Positions 30,112 through 48,024 of a stretch of DNA of 64,000 nucleotides are shown here, one piece after another; positions within the stretch are counted from its first letter, which is position 1, and the number at the start of each line of letters is the position of its first letter. The stretch is from Octopus vulgaris (Eukaryota), in assembly GCA_951406725.2 (NCBI GenBank), contig OX597829.1, positions 14,012,001 through 14,076,000 on the forward strand, written 5' to 3'. Under the pieces are notes generated by a model. The model was not told the DNA's origin. It searched no databases and saw nothing but the letters and a program-made list of their open reading frames with translations. The position numbers and the translations under genes were made by a program.

Positions 30112-32107
30112 TGTATGTATGTACGTACGTACGAACGTATGTATGTATATATGTTTACATATATGTTTATATGCATAGCAATTTTTCTCCCCCTCGTAGC
30201 TATAACATCCAATCCATTAGTCAATCCATTAAAGGACATAAAAGATGAAAGTGAAGAAACCAATAAATAAAATGTCATTTCGTCTGGATTACTTCTTATG
30301 TCTCCAGGTAAGCTCAGTATATTATTCTATTATTCGATACGAGGGTTGTGGGATACATTCATTTTTTTTTTCAGACATGACAATGGCAGTTAGTTATTTC
30401 TCGCTTATCTATTGAGACATATGGACCAAAGAAGTTCCTCTCTTACCCGCCAAGAAATTCAATCGATCCATACAGTTTTCTTCGGTAAACAAGAACACAT
30501 CTGGTATGTGTTCCTACATAAATCAAAAAGACCGGGTATATTCGGATATAGATGGCAAACAAATCTTCTTCATCTCTTTGTTCTACGCACTACAATATCG
30601 TGAACAGGCGGATATTTCGTTGGAAAAGTTGGTCTTAAATATATTGTACTTAAAAATAAATGCGCCATGATGGTGTCTGAAGCAGCTATGGTTCTTGAGC
30701 AGGATTGACCTGTGGATAAGCAAGAATATATATATACATATACACACACACACACATATATAATTGTGTGGGGATGTTTGCACATATATATATATATGTG
30801 TGTGTGTGTGTATGTGTGTGTAAAGCCCGTCGTATATATGTCTATATATATATTTTACGTGTGTTGTCCACCTCCACCGATTGACAAGTGATTTGTGCTT
30901 AGCGGTTAGGCAAAAAAATAAGTACCGGGTTTTAAATATAAATATATACTGGCGTCGATACATTCTACTAAAAATATTCAAGGTGGTGCCCTAGCATGGC
31001 CGCTGTCTTATGATTGAAACAAGAAAAAGATATGAAATATATATATATATACACACACATTTACCCACACAGTATAGTGCATGTCCTTGCGTGAGAGTAT
31101 GTGTGAGTGCGTGTGGTTGGGTGAATATATATATATGCACACACACACATTAACACAAACACATGCACATATGGTGTTTGAAGTATATGTGAATGTGAGA
31201 GCGCGTGTATGGGTGGGTGTGAGTACGTGTGTGTATGTGAGTGTGTGTGTGTGTGTGTGTGTGGTAGTCTGTGTTTGTGTGTGTACACGTTCTTCAGTTG
31301 GAGATCCATGCGATCCCTTAAATTTCAATGTAATTTAGTGTTTCTCTATTAAACGAATGTGTCCTTTACATCAGATGATATGATGTGAATTAGGGATTTG
31401 ACTAGAGTTTATACCAAAACCATTGCCGATGTTGTTATTATTGTCGTAACAGTTGTTTAAACTATTATTGTTGGTGGTGGTATATTTCTAGAAACGTTGG
31501 AAAAATTGCTTTGTGGTACTTGCTGCGTCATTTTACGTTCTGAGTTCAAATCTTCTCTTTCATGTAATGTACCTGTAAAACAGTGCATGTAATCGAGTAT
31601 CCTTTTCCCTAAAATCTGCTGACTTTGCGTCTCAGTTATCATCATCATCATCATTGTCATCAACGCCACCACGATCATCATCATCATCATCATCATTATT
31701 ATTATTGTTATTGTTGTTTTAATCTACATATTTGTTACAATCACTTGCCGAGAAACACCCAGTGTCGTAGGGCGAGTGAAGGATACAGTATGACCGAAAG
31801 CTTGTTATATAATAATAGAATGCAATCAATCTACTGTAAACTATATTACTTTATGTAATTTTCATAATATATTACATATATTTAATATTTCGCAATGTTA
31901 TATTTTTTACTATAATTTGTTTCTAAAATTCAAAATATGATACGTTAGAATATGTTATACTTTTATCCATTTCATTATGGTATATATAACGATATATACT
32001 ATATTTCATATATTATATAATTTTATATGTATTATATCATATTAGGCTACAATATAAAATATTATTTATATATATAAAATGTTATATCATATTTCATATA
32101 TATATAC

Positions 32108-32140
<33 letters not shown>

Positions 32141-33049
32141 CAAAGTTATATTATTATATATTATATTAATCATAATATGTTATATTATATTGTATTATAT
32201 CACATTGTATTATATCATATTCTGTTATATTATATCAGTTTCAAATTATGGCACAAAGCCAACAATTTCGTGGGTGGGTCAAGTTGATTACATCGACCCC
32301 AGTTCTCAATGTACTTATTGTAAAGAACCCGAAAGGATGAAAGCAAAGTTGACCCCTTAAAGTTTGAAGAAAGGCCGCTAAGCATTTTGTCTGCACGCTG
32401 CCTTATTATATTATATAATATTGCATGATATCACAAGGAGGCTCCATTGTTAGATCGATAAAGCCTTTTAGTGTTTAATTACGGTCGTTTAGTTTCTGAG
32501 TCGAAATCTGGCCAATTTTAACTTTGCTCTTTATCCTTCGGTGTCGATAAAACAATTTACTTGAATGTATATGTGTGTGCATTTTTGTGCATGTGGGTGT
32601 ATGTATGACCATAGAAAATTTTTTAAATATTCTAAGTAAAAAAAATTAAGCAACATGAAAACATTTGCACAAAAGGGCGTTCGGTGTCGATAAATTAATT
32701 TACAAGTCAAATAATACGGCTGATTTCATCAACTGAGCCTTGATGTCATACTTCTTGTCTTGTGTCTATACAAGAAACTATTATATTGTAATATATTGTT
32801 TTATAGTGTATTATAATATATTAAGTTATGTAACACTATACTACAATATGTTTTACCAAAATCTTATCAAATTTTTCATGTATAACATGAAACAGAAGCG
32901 TAGACAATTCACCCGGCATTAGAACTTTATGGTAAGTAGGCAATCAAATATGGTTGGATAAGAGAAGATCCCTTCAGTTTGGCCTGACATATGAAACAGT
33001 TGGCGTCCCGTCAATTTCACTGAAATTATAAAACTTATCAATTTATAAA

Positions 33050-33715
33050 AGTGATCGTGTTCAGCAAGTGATGTCATAACGGTTTAACACTACAGACCCT
33101 GGAATTCAGATACTCTGGAGTGGTATTATGCCTATCGTAATAGGTAATCCGTCTACATAAAAGTGGTAGTCTCATTCTTGTTGTACCAGTTATAAGTGAG
33201 ACGATGATATATTTCTTGATAACCATAATATCTTTATTTCTAATTCAAGCTCACTCTAATTTTTAGAACTTTCAGTTACTTCTATACATTATAGTTATTT
33301 CGTATTGCTATATCAATTACTAATACGCGATTGTCGTTCTGTTCCTGGACAATGATATCATGCTTGTTATACTGGTCTGTCTAAATATCTCACATTCCAC
33401 AATGTTTTCCCATTATCATTGTTTAAATGAGATGGATATTCTTATGCGTACAACAGAAACTTTTCTCTTAGGAGTTGAAAAAGAGTTGTCAGACATATAT
33501 AGAACATGTTTCCTTGCGTTATTGTGTCTCTAGTTTGATGGTGATATGGTGTAAAATATCCTGTAACAATATTCTCTATACTTGTTTGTCTAAATACACT
33601 TCACGGTCATCTGCGTTTGTTACCTAAATTGCAAGAATTGTTAATATTTCTTTCCATATATACACAGGTGACAGCCTGATCCTCTAGCGCGAATATTGAT
33701 CGGTCCTCACCTCAT
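33050..33715 (-). pseudogene. Highly decayed R4/Dong-like RLE retrotransposon C-terminal region
   Basis: Minus frames: IFALEDQAVT, SIENIVTG, NDNGKTLWN, NKHDIIVQEQNDNRVLVIDIAI (cf. NRPDIVV...LIDVSIP); related scrap DKWYRHHPEA at ~34090-34125. Confidence 0.6.
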
Positions 33716-33804
33716 TAACACAAGATTGATATTATTATTATTGTTAGTAGTAGTGGTAGTAGCAGCAGCAGCAGTAGCAGTAGTAGTAGTAGTAGTAGTA
33801 GTAG

Positions 33805-33842
<38 letters not shown>

Positions 33843-34209
33843 TACCTATTTCTTTACTGCCCACAAGGAGATAAACACAGAGGGGACAAACAAGGACAAA
33901 CGGATTAAGTCGATTACATCACCACAGTGCGTAACTGGTACTTAATTTATCGACCCCAAAATGATGAAAGGCAAAGTCGACCTCGGCGGAATTTGAACTC
34001 AGAAAGTAGCGACAGGCGAAATACGGCTACGCATTTCGCCCGGCGTGCTAACAATTCTGCCAGCTCGCCGCCCTACTACTATACCATTTAGAATAGCCTC
34101 TGGATGGTGCCTGTACCACTTATCATGGGATCTAAATTTGTAGCTATTATTATTAATTTTGTTATCATTAACAACTACCGCAGCAACATTAGTAGTAGTA
34201 GTAGTAGTT

Positions 34210-34273
<64 letters not shown>

Positions 34274-34630
34274 CAGCAGCAGCAGTACTACTACTACTAC
34301 TACTACTATTGCTGTGGTAGTTGTTAATGATAACAAAATTAATTATAATAATAGTAGTAGTAGTAGTAGTAGTAGTACTACTACTACTACTGCTACTACT
34401 ACTAATTCCAATACTGCTGCTGCTATTATTAGTGTTATTATTATTAGGGAGGCGAGCTGTCAGAGTTGTTCGTACGTCGGACAAAAAGCTTAGCGACATT
34501 TCTTCCGACTTTATGTTATGAGTACAAATGCCGCTGTGATCATCTTTGCCTTCATTCTTTTGGAGTCGATAGTACTAGTCAAGCCATGCGTTCCATGTAA
34601 TTGACTACCGCCAACCTCAAGCCTTGTTCC

Positions 34631-35478
34631 GGATCTTTTCAATTGTGTGGCCAGGAGCCCAGATCTTTCTACTTAACTAAATAATTTGAAACTTCGTATG
34701 CTGGTACAGTGTTTCAAAACAAGTCACAGGTTGGAACTAGTTTATTTGAGAAAAATCTATTTTATGACTTTAATCGTAGATTAAAACTGCGAATTTTAAC
34801 CAATGAGATTGCTTGTTTTCATATTTAATACGTTACTGCATTCTGTTAGTGTGACGTAGAAAAGCAGTTTTTCCCTCATCATCCCTCTTTCTCTCTCACT
34901 CTTTCTATCTGTTCATCTCTCTATCACAGTCTGTCAGCCTGTCTCTTTCTTTCTTCCTCTTTCTCTCACTCTCTCTCCCTCTCTTCATCTCTATCTTTAT
35001 CTCAGTTTCTCTCTCTCCCTCTCTCGCTCATCATCTCTCACTCTTTCTATCTGTCCGTCTCTCTATCACAGTCTATCTGCCTAAACATATGGTATGTAAA
35101 CAAATGTAAACAAAACAATAACGATGACATTTTTTACTCGGTGTATGTGTATATGTATGAATGTATGTATGTATGAATGTATGTATGTGTGTATGTATGT
35201 ATGTATGTGTGTATGTATCTATGTATGTGTGTATGTATGTGTGTGTATGTATGTGTGTGTATGTATGTATGTATGTATGTATGTATGGCCGATTCGGTGT
35301 TTACTTTATTTCGAGTTAAAACGAAAGATTATCAAAAAAAATTTTGTTTATATCTTCGATCACTGTCATTATCCCATTGAGTCAACCTCATTATTTTTTA
35401 CATAGCAAAGGTAATCTTTCGTTTTAACTCGAAATAAAGTAAACACTGAATCAGCCATACATACATACATACACACAC

Positions 35479-35519
<41 letters not shown>

Positions 35520-36086
35520 CATACACACACACACACCCATGTGTGACATACACACACACACACATACATACATACACACACACACACATACATACACACA
35601 CACATACATACACACACATACATACATAGATACATACACACACACATACATACAGATACACATACACCGAGTATTCACTCGAAAAACTAAACACCGAATC
35701 GGCCATACATACATACATACATACACACACATACATACACACACATACACACACACACACACATACATAGATACATACACACATACATACATACATTCAT
35801 ACATACATACATTCATACATATACACATACACCGAGTAAAAAATTTCATCGTTATTGTTTTGTTTACATTTGTTTACATACCATATGTTTACTACGTCAC
35901 CAAATTGGTGGTCGAGACGGAGTAAATAGTATGAAGCCGAAAGACGGAATACCATTTTCATTCTGGTTTTCATTCTGGTTTACAATTAAGTTTACTTTTG
36001 ACACATTCTACCAGTATACGAAGTTTCAAATTGTTTGGTTCAGTAGGAAAAATTTGAAAAAACTGGCCTCACAAATGAAAAGATCC
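34631..36086. mobile_element. Non-autonomous TIR DNA transposon (MITE-like, ~1.45 kb), GGATC termini, 8-bp TSD CTTGTTCC
   Basis: cttgttcc|ggatcttttcaattgtgtggccag ... ctggcctcacaaatgaaaagatcc|cttgttcc; ~95-bp imperfect TIRs. Confidence 0.85.
35082..35891. repeat. Nested internal inverted repeat containing (TATG)/(CATA) tracts
   Basis: 35082-35305 pairs with 35688-35891; 35281-35331 also pairs with 35412-35465. Confidence 0.9.
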
Positions 36087-36178
36087 CTTGTTCCTAGAGT
36101 AGACACAAAAATTATTATTATTATTGTTGTTGTTGTTATTATTATTATTATCATTATTATTATTATTATTATTATTAA

Positions 36179-36281
<103 letters not shown>

Positions 36282-36308
36282 ATTATTATTATTATTATTA
36301 TTATTATT

Positions 36309-36863
36309 GAGTGAGAGAGCAGTGCATGCCATCAAAGTGACACTGGGGTAAAATATGCGAAGCCCAATATACCCATCATGACTACCCGTCTGATAAGGGT
36401 ACACCAGGCACAGGCATCACAACCATATGTGCGCGACATGGTGATCTCATATCAAGATAAACATCGCATGACCTATCAGGTGGGGCCCAGTTAGAATTTT
36501 CTTCAGGTTGAGTAGCCCATCCCGCTCAAAAGGTCCCTGAATAAGGGTTGTTTAAGGATGTTGAAAGAACCACCCATGTTTCCAGAGGTGAAATATTCAA
36601 ACCCCAAAGAATCCCTCTCAACACATGGCTATGATGCTCCCCCACTACTTCTGCTCGTGATCAGAGATGCACATATCGTAAGCCACTAAGGGACATGCTC
36701 AACTGGTTAAGGTCAAACAAGTGACAAGCAAATTTGTGGTATTGAGCAGAATATTTGCTGTAGCCCATCTTTTATACCAAGACAAAACAATGTACATGAT
36801 AACACTTCCAATCAGTTAAGATCAGAAGCCATGAGAGCCACTGCCTGGTACTGCATCAGGGCA
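36309..36863 (-). mobile_element. ~555-bp non-coding element embedded in (TTA)n, copy 1
   Basis: Same ends and near-identical sequence to 44031-44586; strand inferred from the polarity of neighbouring Dong-like elements. Confidence 0.85.
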
Positions 36864-36904
36864 TTATTATTATTATTATTATCATTATTATTATTATTAT
36901 ATTA

Positions 36905-38190
<1,286 letters not shown>

Positions 38191-38191
<1 letters not shown>

Positions 38192-41100
38192 CTTCGTAAC
38201 ACAATGTAGGTAAAAATGCACCAGAGTCTTTAGTCACAACAAGGACCTCAGACAGATAATAGTTTCCTTAAGATGTGCACTGTGTCCAATAAGGCAGCTT
38301 TTTGCAAGAAATCAATCTTTCATGGGATTTCCAGTTGCCTTAAGTAGTCTTGAAATTTCAATGGAAATGAGCCCAACGCTCTAATCACCACTGGTATCAC
38401 TTTTACATTACCCTCTCGCATTCCATACAGTCTTGCCATTTCTACTTTCAGTTCATAGTACTTGGTGATTTTTTCAACCTCTTCACTCACAACATTCATG
38501 TCATTTGGTATGGCTACATCAATGATCTGACAGTATCTATCGCTCTTACTCAATATGACAATAACCGGCCAACAATGTTCGATTACATGATCCATCTGAA
38601 AATCATAGTCCCAGAGTATCGTTACTTTTCCATCCTCCTGCATAACTTTACTAGGTACATGCTCATACTAGTTCTCTCTTACTTCATATTGGTATTTATG
38701 GCATAAGATCCTGACGGTGCCTGTATTCTTTTTTTGCAAGACTCTCATATCCACTAACCAACTGGGTCATATTTTCCACACTCTTTCCACAGAGTCTGCA
38801 TTTCTGGACGTCAGAAGTTTTATAGATATTATACTTCATCGAATTGGTAGCCAGAGCCTGGGTTTGTGCAGCAATGATCAGACTTGCGGCGATACGCCTC
38901 AAATCACTTCGCTCAATCCATGCCCACGATGCTGTATTATCCTTAACGCTTTGTGTATTCCTTTCAAACTGTCCATGCATTCCCATTTCATGGTTTTCTT
39001 TTCTCTTCTCCCCAACTCTTTGGTTAAACTATGCCATCCCCATCATTTTATCTGCATTTACACCCATATGTTTCGCTGCATATTGCAGCAGGTCTTCATC
39101 ACTATTTATCAAATACTCGGCAAGCGTTCTCCTTTCATTCCTTTGGTCTATACTAATTAGTCTTCTGCCACCATTCTTTCTTTTCATAGACAGTCTATTT
39201 GCGTTTGCTTTATGGTGCAGCGCCCCATGCAGGGTCATCAATTTCTCACCCTTCTATTCAGTGTTGATATTTACTTCTTAGTCCATTTCAGGATAGACGC
39301 ACTATCTCTGACCACCGCAATTGCCCAGATATTCATTGCAGTAATCGAATTTTTGGCACTAAGGTTGGATTTCAACACCATCTTCAGCCTTTTTTGATAC
39401 GCTTCGTTGACCTTAACTTTCATTTTTCTGTGTAGAATGTCATCCAGCTCCAAAATCCCTAAATATCTATACCCACTACTGTCTGGTCCACCCACGGTCT
39501 CTCCTGATGGTAACCGCAATCCTCTGCAGGCTGGTTTCTTCCCTCTATTCATATTAAGTACTGAGCATTTGCTGATCCCAAATTCCATACCGATGTCCCT
39601 ACCACATTTCTACACTGTTTTGGTTAAGGAATCTATCTGATTTTCAGATTTCTCAAACCATTTCAGGTCATCCATAAACAGAAGATGGTTCAATAATGGC
39701 TCTTCTTCCCGCATAGGTAACCCATGTTAACTTTCCTAAGTGTCATTGTTATGGGTATTACTGTAATTAAAAAAGTAACGGAGAAAACGAGTCACGTTGG
39801 AAGATTCCCCTTTTAATATTAACTTCTCTAAGGAATACATTACTTGAATACAATTTGGTTTGCCACTTTTTTATGCCATGCATCCGAAAATTTGTCAGGT
39901 TGTCAGCAATGCCAAACATCTGCAGGCATTCAACGATCCAAGAATGAGACATCATATCAAATGCCTTCCTAAAGCCAATCCAAGTCATTGATATGTTTGT
40001 ATGTTGTTTTTTACAATGCCTCAAAACTGCTTTATCGATGACTAGGTGATCCTTGGCACCCTGAGAACTCTTCCTACATCCTTTTTGTTCCTTTGGTAGT
40101 ATTTCTTCCTGTGCCGGGAAGGTGTATATCTTTGCCGCACATATTCCAGTGAGTATTTTCCAGATTATGTTTAGGCATGCTATGGGACGGTAGTTTCCCA
40201 CAGTATTCTCCTTTCTTCTGTCTTTCATTACAAGTGATGTCCTCCCAGTCACCATCCACGAGGGGACTGTACCTTTCTGGACACATTCATTCAATTGGAC
40301 TGCTAGTCTTTCATGCACCGTGTGGTATCTCTTCAGCCAGAAGCCATGAATCCGATCTGGTCCGGGGTATTTCCAGTTAGGCACTTTACCCACTTTACCC
40401 GTGCTTATGACAATATTCCTTTCTTTCTTTCCTCCTTGTAATTCTGTCTTGATAGTTCCTATCCACATTGCAGCCCTTTTATGCACCACATTGTTTCCCC
40501 ATAATCCGCTCCAGAACTCCTTGGCTTCATTTGCATCAGGAGCAACATTTTCCTCTCTGTCTCCTAACGTTCGGAAGAATTGCTTCGAGTTATTTTTGAA
40601 CAAACTGTTCTCGAATCTTCTGATCTTCTGGCTCTTTAATCATGATCCTCTGTTTTAACTACATAAAACCAATTCTTCCGTATTTTATGTTTCTTCTCTA
40701 ATTTTTCTCGGTCGCTTTTTTTCCCATTTTTCCAGTTTCCTCTTAACCATTGCTCAATTTTTCCTAGATCTTGCCTTGCCTGCATTATGTCCCTTTCCAT
40801 GCGTCGTTTCCACCATGATTATTTTGCTCCACCATTTTTTATTCACTTAAGTTGTAATTTCTCCTCAACAAGTTGCGTAATAGCTCGGAGAATATTCCCT
40901 GTTTGTGTTATGTTCTCCGTCTGGATGTATGGTATGACAGTATTTTTACTTTTGTGTTACATTATTTATCATACTCCTATATACTCTTCTCATATTCATG
41001 GAGCTTTTTTTCTTCTGGAGCATTCAGTCTGTGAGTCGTCTTTGAATTTCAAGCAATTCATTATCTAGTTGGTTCATTTCCCCTGCATGTCTACCCACCA

Positions 41101-41640
41101 CAGTGTCTGGGTTCACTGTATAACGTTCCAGTTCCTCATCCTTAACAGCCCCATCACTATTCCCCTGTTCCTCCTATCTACTCTTCTCCCTGCTTTCAAC
41201 TCCGACCATCCTTTGTATCCCATCCTAGATATTTCTACTTCAATTAAGTAACTCTTCCTTCTAATCACTCTCACTTGGTTCATCAGTTTATTTTCTGACA
41301 TTGAACACATGTCCTTTTCCATCCAAAATTTCAAGGTAAGTCGGCCTACTCTGCGACTTCTTTCCACCTTTGCTCTTCCATGACATTCAGTTAGTGTATC
41401 GTACTCTTCCTTCGTCTACTTCTGTTTTTGCGCACACCGTGTATGTGATCTGTAGTGACATACCGACTGCCCGAGGCCAGATCACTGCCCCTCATGCGGG
41501 TGGTTTCGGACGTGCCATGATCGGCTATACCTTCATTCTCGGCGTTAATTCTTCCTTGTTGTGTTGCATCATGATTTCATGTGTCGTTCGTGGGGTTCCC
41601 ACGAGTGTTGTTATTGAGATCTCATCTCTCTCTTCCACTC
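38191..41640 (-). mobile_element. Near full-length decayed R4/NeSL-type RLE retrotransposon of a second family
   Basis: RT motifs PGPDRIHGFWLK, NYRPIACLN, EQKGCRK, GIFQRDSFSPLLF, HLLFMDDLK, YRYLGILE; CRLCGK and ILWD RLE region; many frameshifts; 5' limit approximate. Confidence 0.9.
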
Positions 41641-41727
41641 TTTATTTGTATACACATGTGCTCATGTATGTACATACACATATATATATAAATATTTTAC
41701 TTGCATTGTGTCACCTCCATAAACACA

Positions 41728-44004
<2,277 letters not shown>

Positions 44005-44030
44005 TCATCATTATTATTATTATTATTATT

Positions 44031-44585
44031 GAGTGAGCGAGCAGAGCATGCCATCAAAGTGACACTGGGGTAAAATATACGAAGCCCAATATACCCATCA
44101 TGACTACCCGTCTGATAAAGGTACACCGGGCACATGCATCACAACCATATGTGCGCGACATGGTGATCTCATATCAAGATAAACAGCACATGACCTTGCA
44201 GGTGGGGCCCAGTTAGAATTTTCTTCAGGTTGAGTAGCCCATCCCGCTCAAACGGTCCCTGAATAAGGGTTGTTTAAGGATGTTGAAAGAACCACCCATG
44301 TTTCCAGAGGTGAACTATTCAAACCCCAAAGAATCCCACTCAACACATGGCTATGATGCTCCCCCACTACTTCTGCTCGTGATCAGAGATGCACATATCG
44401 TCATCCACAAAGGGACATGCTCAACTGGTTAAGGGTCAAACAACTGACAAGCAAATCTGTGGTATTGAGCAGAATATTTGCTGTAGCCCATCTTTTATAC
44501 CAAGACAAAACAATGTACATGATAACACTTCCAATCAGTTAAGATCAGAAGCCATGAGAGCCACTGCCTGGTACTGCATCAGGGC

Positions 44586-44586
<1 letters not shown>
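44031..44586 (-). mobile_element. ~555-bp non-coding element embedded in (TTA)n, copy 2
   Basis: Matches 36309-36863 end to end. Confidence 0.85.
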
Positions 44587-44682
<96 letters not shown>

Positions 44683-44750
44683 GTTGTTGTTATTATTATT
44701 ATCATTATTTATGGCTTCCTTTCATTATAACTTTATTTCAGATAGTAGTG

Positions 44751-44794
<44 letters not shown>

Positions 44795-46678
44795 TTCATG
44801 GTTAAAATTATAATTCAAGTATTTTCTTTCTTACGTACATTTTGTAAAGCTTGCATAATTAGGCTCATTGTCGTGAAAATACTTCCCTCAACCTGAATAT
44901 TAAGAGTTAACATTTGCTGTATGAGAATGCTCGAACAAATTAACTTGATCTCTAGATTTTTCAGCTCGCAGCATCACAACATTCTTGTTAACTAATAATT
45001 GTTTTGCGATAATTAATATATTATTTTCATTTTTGTTATAGAGAATTTTCTATCTTCATTTTAAAATTCTAGATATTTTTATATTGGAATTTTCTGAGGC
45101 AGGTAGTGGTGCATATAAGTGTGAAAGAAATTTTTTCTATCACAGTGCTTCAAATTTAGTGGTTAGACGTTTTTAGAACACATTTGCAGTTATTTTGCCT
45201 CCAAATATATTTTGTAAAGGCTAATGTTAAACGCCTTGATATAATGAGAGCCGTTATTGTTTCATAGAATGCTCCACACGAGTGATTTTATGATCTATAT
45301 TGTCAAAATTTTTGTCTGCACTTTTAATATATGTAATGTTGATATCTGTCCTTGTAGCACAACTGTTGGTGCTTCTGCGGCTGCTATTTATTCGAGAGGT
45401 GTGTGTACCGACCAGGGATAGGAAGATTCTGACATTAGGATGAATCCATCTAAAACTGTTGAATAATTCTCTATACCTATCATGGCTAGGAAGGAAATGT
45501 TTTAGGATTAAATTTCAGAAGGAGTATGCTATGTTGAGTGGTTAGTGTGTGGATGGTGTAAAGCAAAATGCACTCCGACAGGTTTTCTATATCTTTGTGG
45601 ATCAGGGGTTTGGAATATATTTGATCTTACCTTTGAATTTGTTCGGTTTTAAGGTAATGCCTTATAAAAGATTTCTTTGAGGACAAATTGTAAGCCCTTC
45701 CAGTATAGTAGAAGTCATTGATCTGAGGTGACTTGTATCAGTATCGAACTTGCAACCACTATCTCTTTCCCTTCCTTTTCTCTCTTGCCCTTTCATTTCT
45801 TCTCTCTTTCTCTCTCTCCTCCTCACTCTGCTGATTTGTTTGGGGTTTTGTCTGTTTATAACACAGTCTCGTCCTACAAATAAACTTCTCGATTAATCTA
45901 GCTTTCTCTTTATCATTACCCTTCACTTTGTCTCTTGTCCGAATATGCAACAGGGTAGAATCAGACTTCAGAGACAAAACGGCAAGTCCACAATCTTCTA
46001 AAAATAGATACAGTCTGTTAACGGATTTCCGTCAACCCTGATTTGCTCAAAAGGATTAGACCAAATCGGGGGTGTAAGGAAAGAAAAATCCCAAATATAC
46101 CACGTTGGGTGATCTAATATGAAGCCAGGGATTGCAAGGATTGCAATGGAACTGACTTAATCATTTGGCCATGACCACACCCTCTCAAAAATACCTTTTT
46201 ACCAATGAAAAGTTAATAGGCTCGTACTGAAAGCAGTTTTATACCCGTACAGTGTATTTAAAATTTCTTTTTTTCATATATTTCTTACAAAATATTGTTT
46301 TATAACGATGACTGGTTATAAAGCATACTAGAATATTTCTAGTTTCAGCGGTGACAAGACAAACAAACAAATTGTTAGATGTCTCTAGAAATACAAATAA
46401 TTAAGCAAGCTGCAACAAGTCGTATTTTGTCCAACAGCAGTTAAACCGTGCGGTGTTTTGATGGTTATATGAGCAGTTTGCAGAAACTGTAACGACACCT
46501 TTAAAAACATTACACGCATTAATTCTATCACATTTTCCTGATACATGTGTGTATATCATACGCATATACACGCACACCACTAACACTCACACATTTACAT
46601 ACCTATGCATATATAGACATACAAACATATACATACATGTATATATTACATGCATACACACATATATATATAATATAT

Positions 46679-46734
<56 letters not shown>

Positions 46735-46825
46735 TATATATATATACATAAAATGTGACCTCATGTGTACCGTTGTCAATTTTTTTTCCTCTGTCTTCCC
46801 TTCTCTGGATCTTTCCTTCTCCTAT

Positions 46826-46860
46826 GTTTCCGACGAAGAGCTCCGCTCGAAGCGTTAAAC
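46826..46860 (+). ncRNA. Degenerate minimal hammerhead motif in a short repeat (~46752-46958; 3' piece also at 5446-5508)
   Basis: GUUU CCGACGA A GAGC UCC GCUC GAAG CG UU AAAC (U4C, A15.1G). Confidence 0.55.
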
Positions 46861-46954
46861 CCTCCTTCTTTCCTTCTTTCCTGAGCGTCCAATAATACTA
46901 TATTTGTTCCACGTCCTCGCGTTGTTGTGTTTTTTTGTGCTTTCTTGTTTGGAT

Positions 46955-47052
<98 letters not shown>

Positions 47053-47605
47053 TATATAAATAGATACATACACACATGTATATGTGTATATATAAATACA
47101 CACACATACACACACACACGCAGAACACGCATGCGTCATACATATTACATGTATACAAACATATGAATATGCACATATAAATACCCACAATAATACATAT
47201 ATAACATGCACAATACACATATCACATATCATGCCCACACATACGCCTATGATGTGCATTTCATACAAATGCATCTACACACATATATAAGCACGCAGAC
47301 ATATCGCGCACATTACAAATGAAGCTGAAAATTTCGTGGCTTTGGTTTAAAAGAAAACACAAGAGGATCAATTGATTATCATTTTATTCAACATAACCCC
47401 GTCTCAGATTCACACTCTTATTGCAGCAGTCCTTCAGATTTTCTAAGGCTTGTTAAAGAACTCGGAAGGTTTAGCCTCGAACCAGGTCTTTCGCGAAGCG
47501 TTTAAAGCAAGGAACTTTTCACATACATATCAAAAAACTTCTCGCACACACGCACTATATTCCTACAGGTAAATTCTCCTCAGCTTCATCCTTGTCATGT
47601 CACCA

Positions 47606-47980
47606 ACTGAAAGAAGCCCGTCGTATATATGTATGTATATAGGCGCAGGAATGGCTGTGTGGTAAGTAGCTTGCTAACCAACCACATGGTTCCTGGTTCA
47701 GTTCCACTGCGTGGCATCTTGGGCAAGTGTCTTCTGCTATAGCCCCGACCGACCAATGCCTTGTGAGTGGATTTGGTAGGCGGAAACTGAAAGAAGCCCG
47801 TCGTATATATGTATATTAGGCGCAGGAGTGGCTGTGTGGTAAGTTCCTTGCTAACCAACCACATGGTTCCGGGTTCAGTCCCACTGCGTGGCATCTTGGG
47901 CAAGTGTCTTCTGCTATAGCCCCGGGCAGACCAATGCCTTGTGAGTGGATTTGATAGACGGAAACTGAAAGAAGCCTGTC

Positions 47981-48024
<44 letters not shown>

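Noticed and set aside
30330-30720. tacgaggg resembling a mariner TIR start
   Set aside because: No matching second TIR or transposase motif found
44520-44590. HDV-like ribozyme at the 5' end of the 555-bp element
   Set aside because: Could not build the P1/P1.1/P3 nested pseudoknot by eye
44900-46500. Long unique AT-rich stretch
   Set aside because: No ORF, repeat or structure I can support
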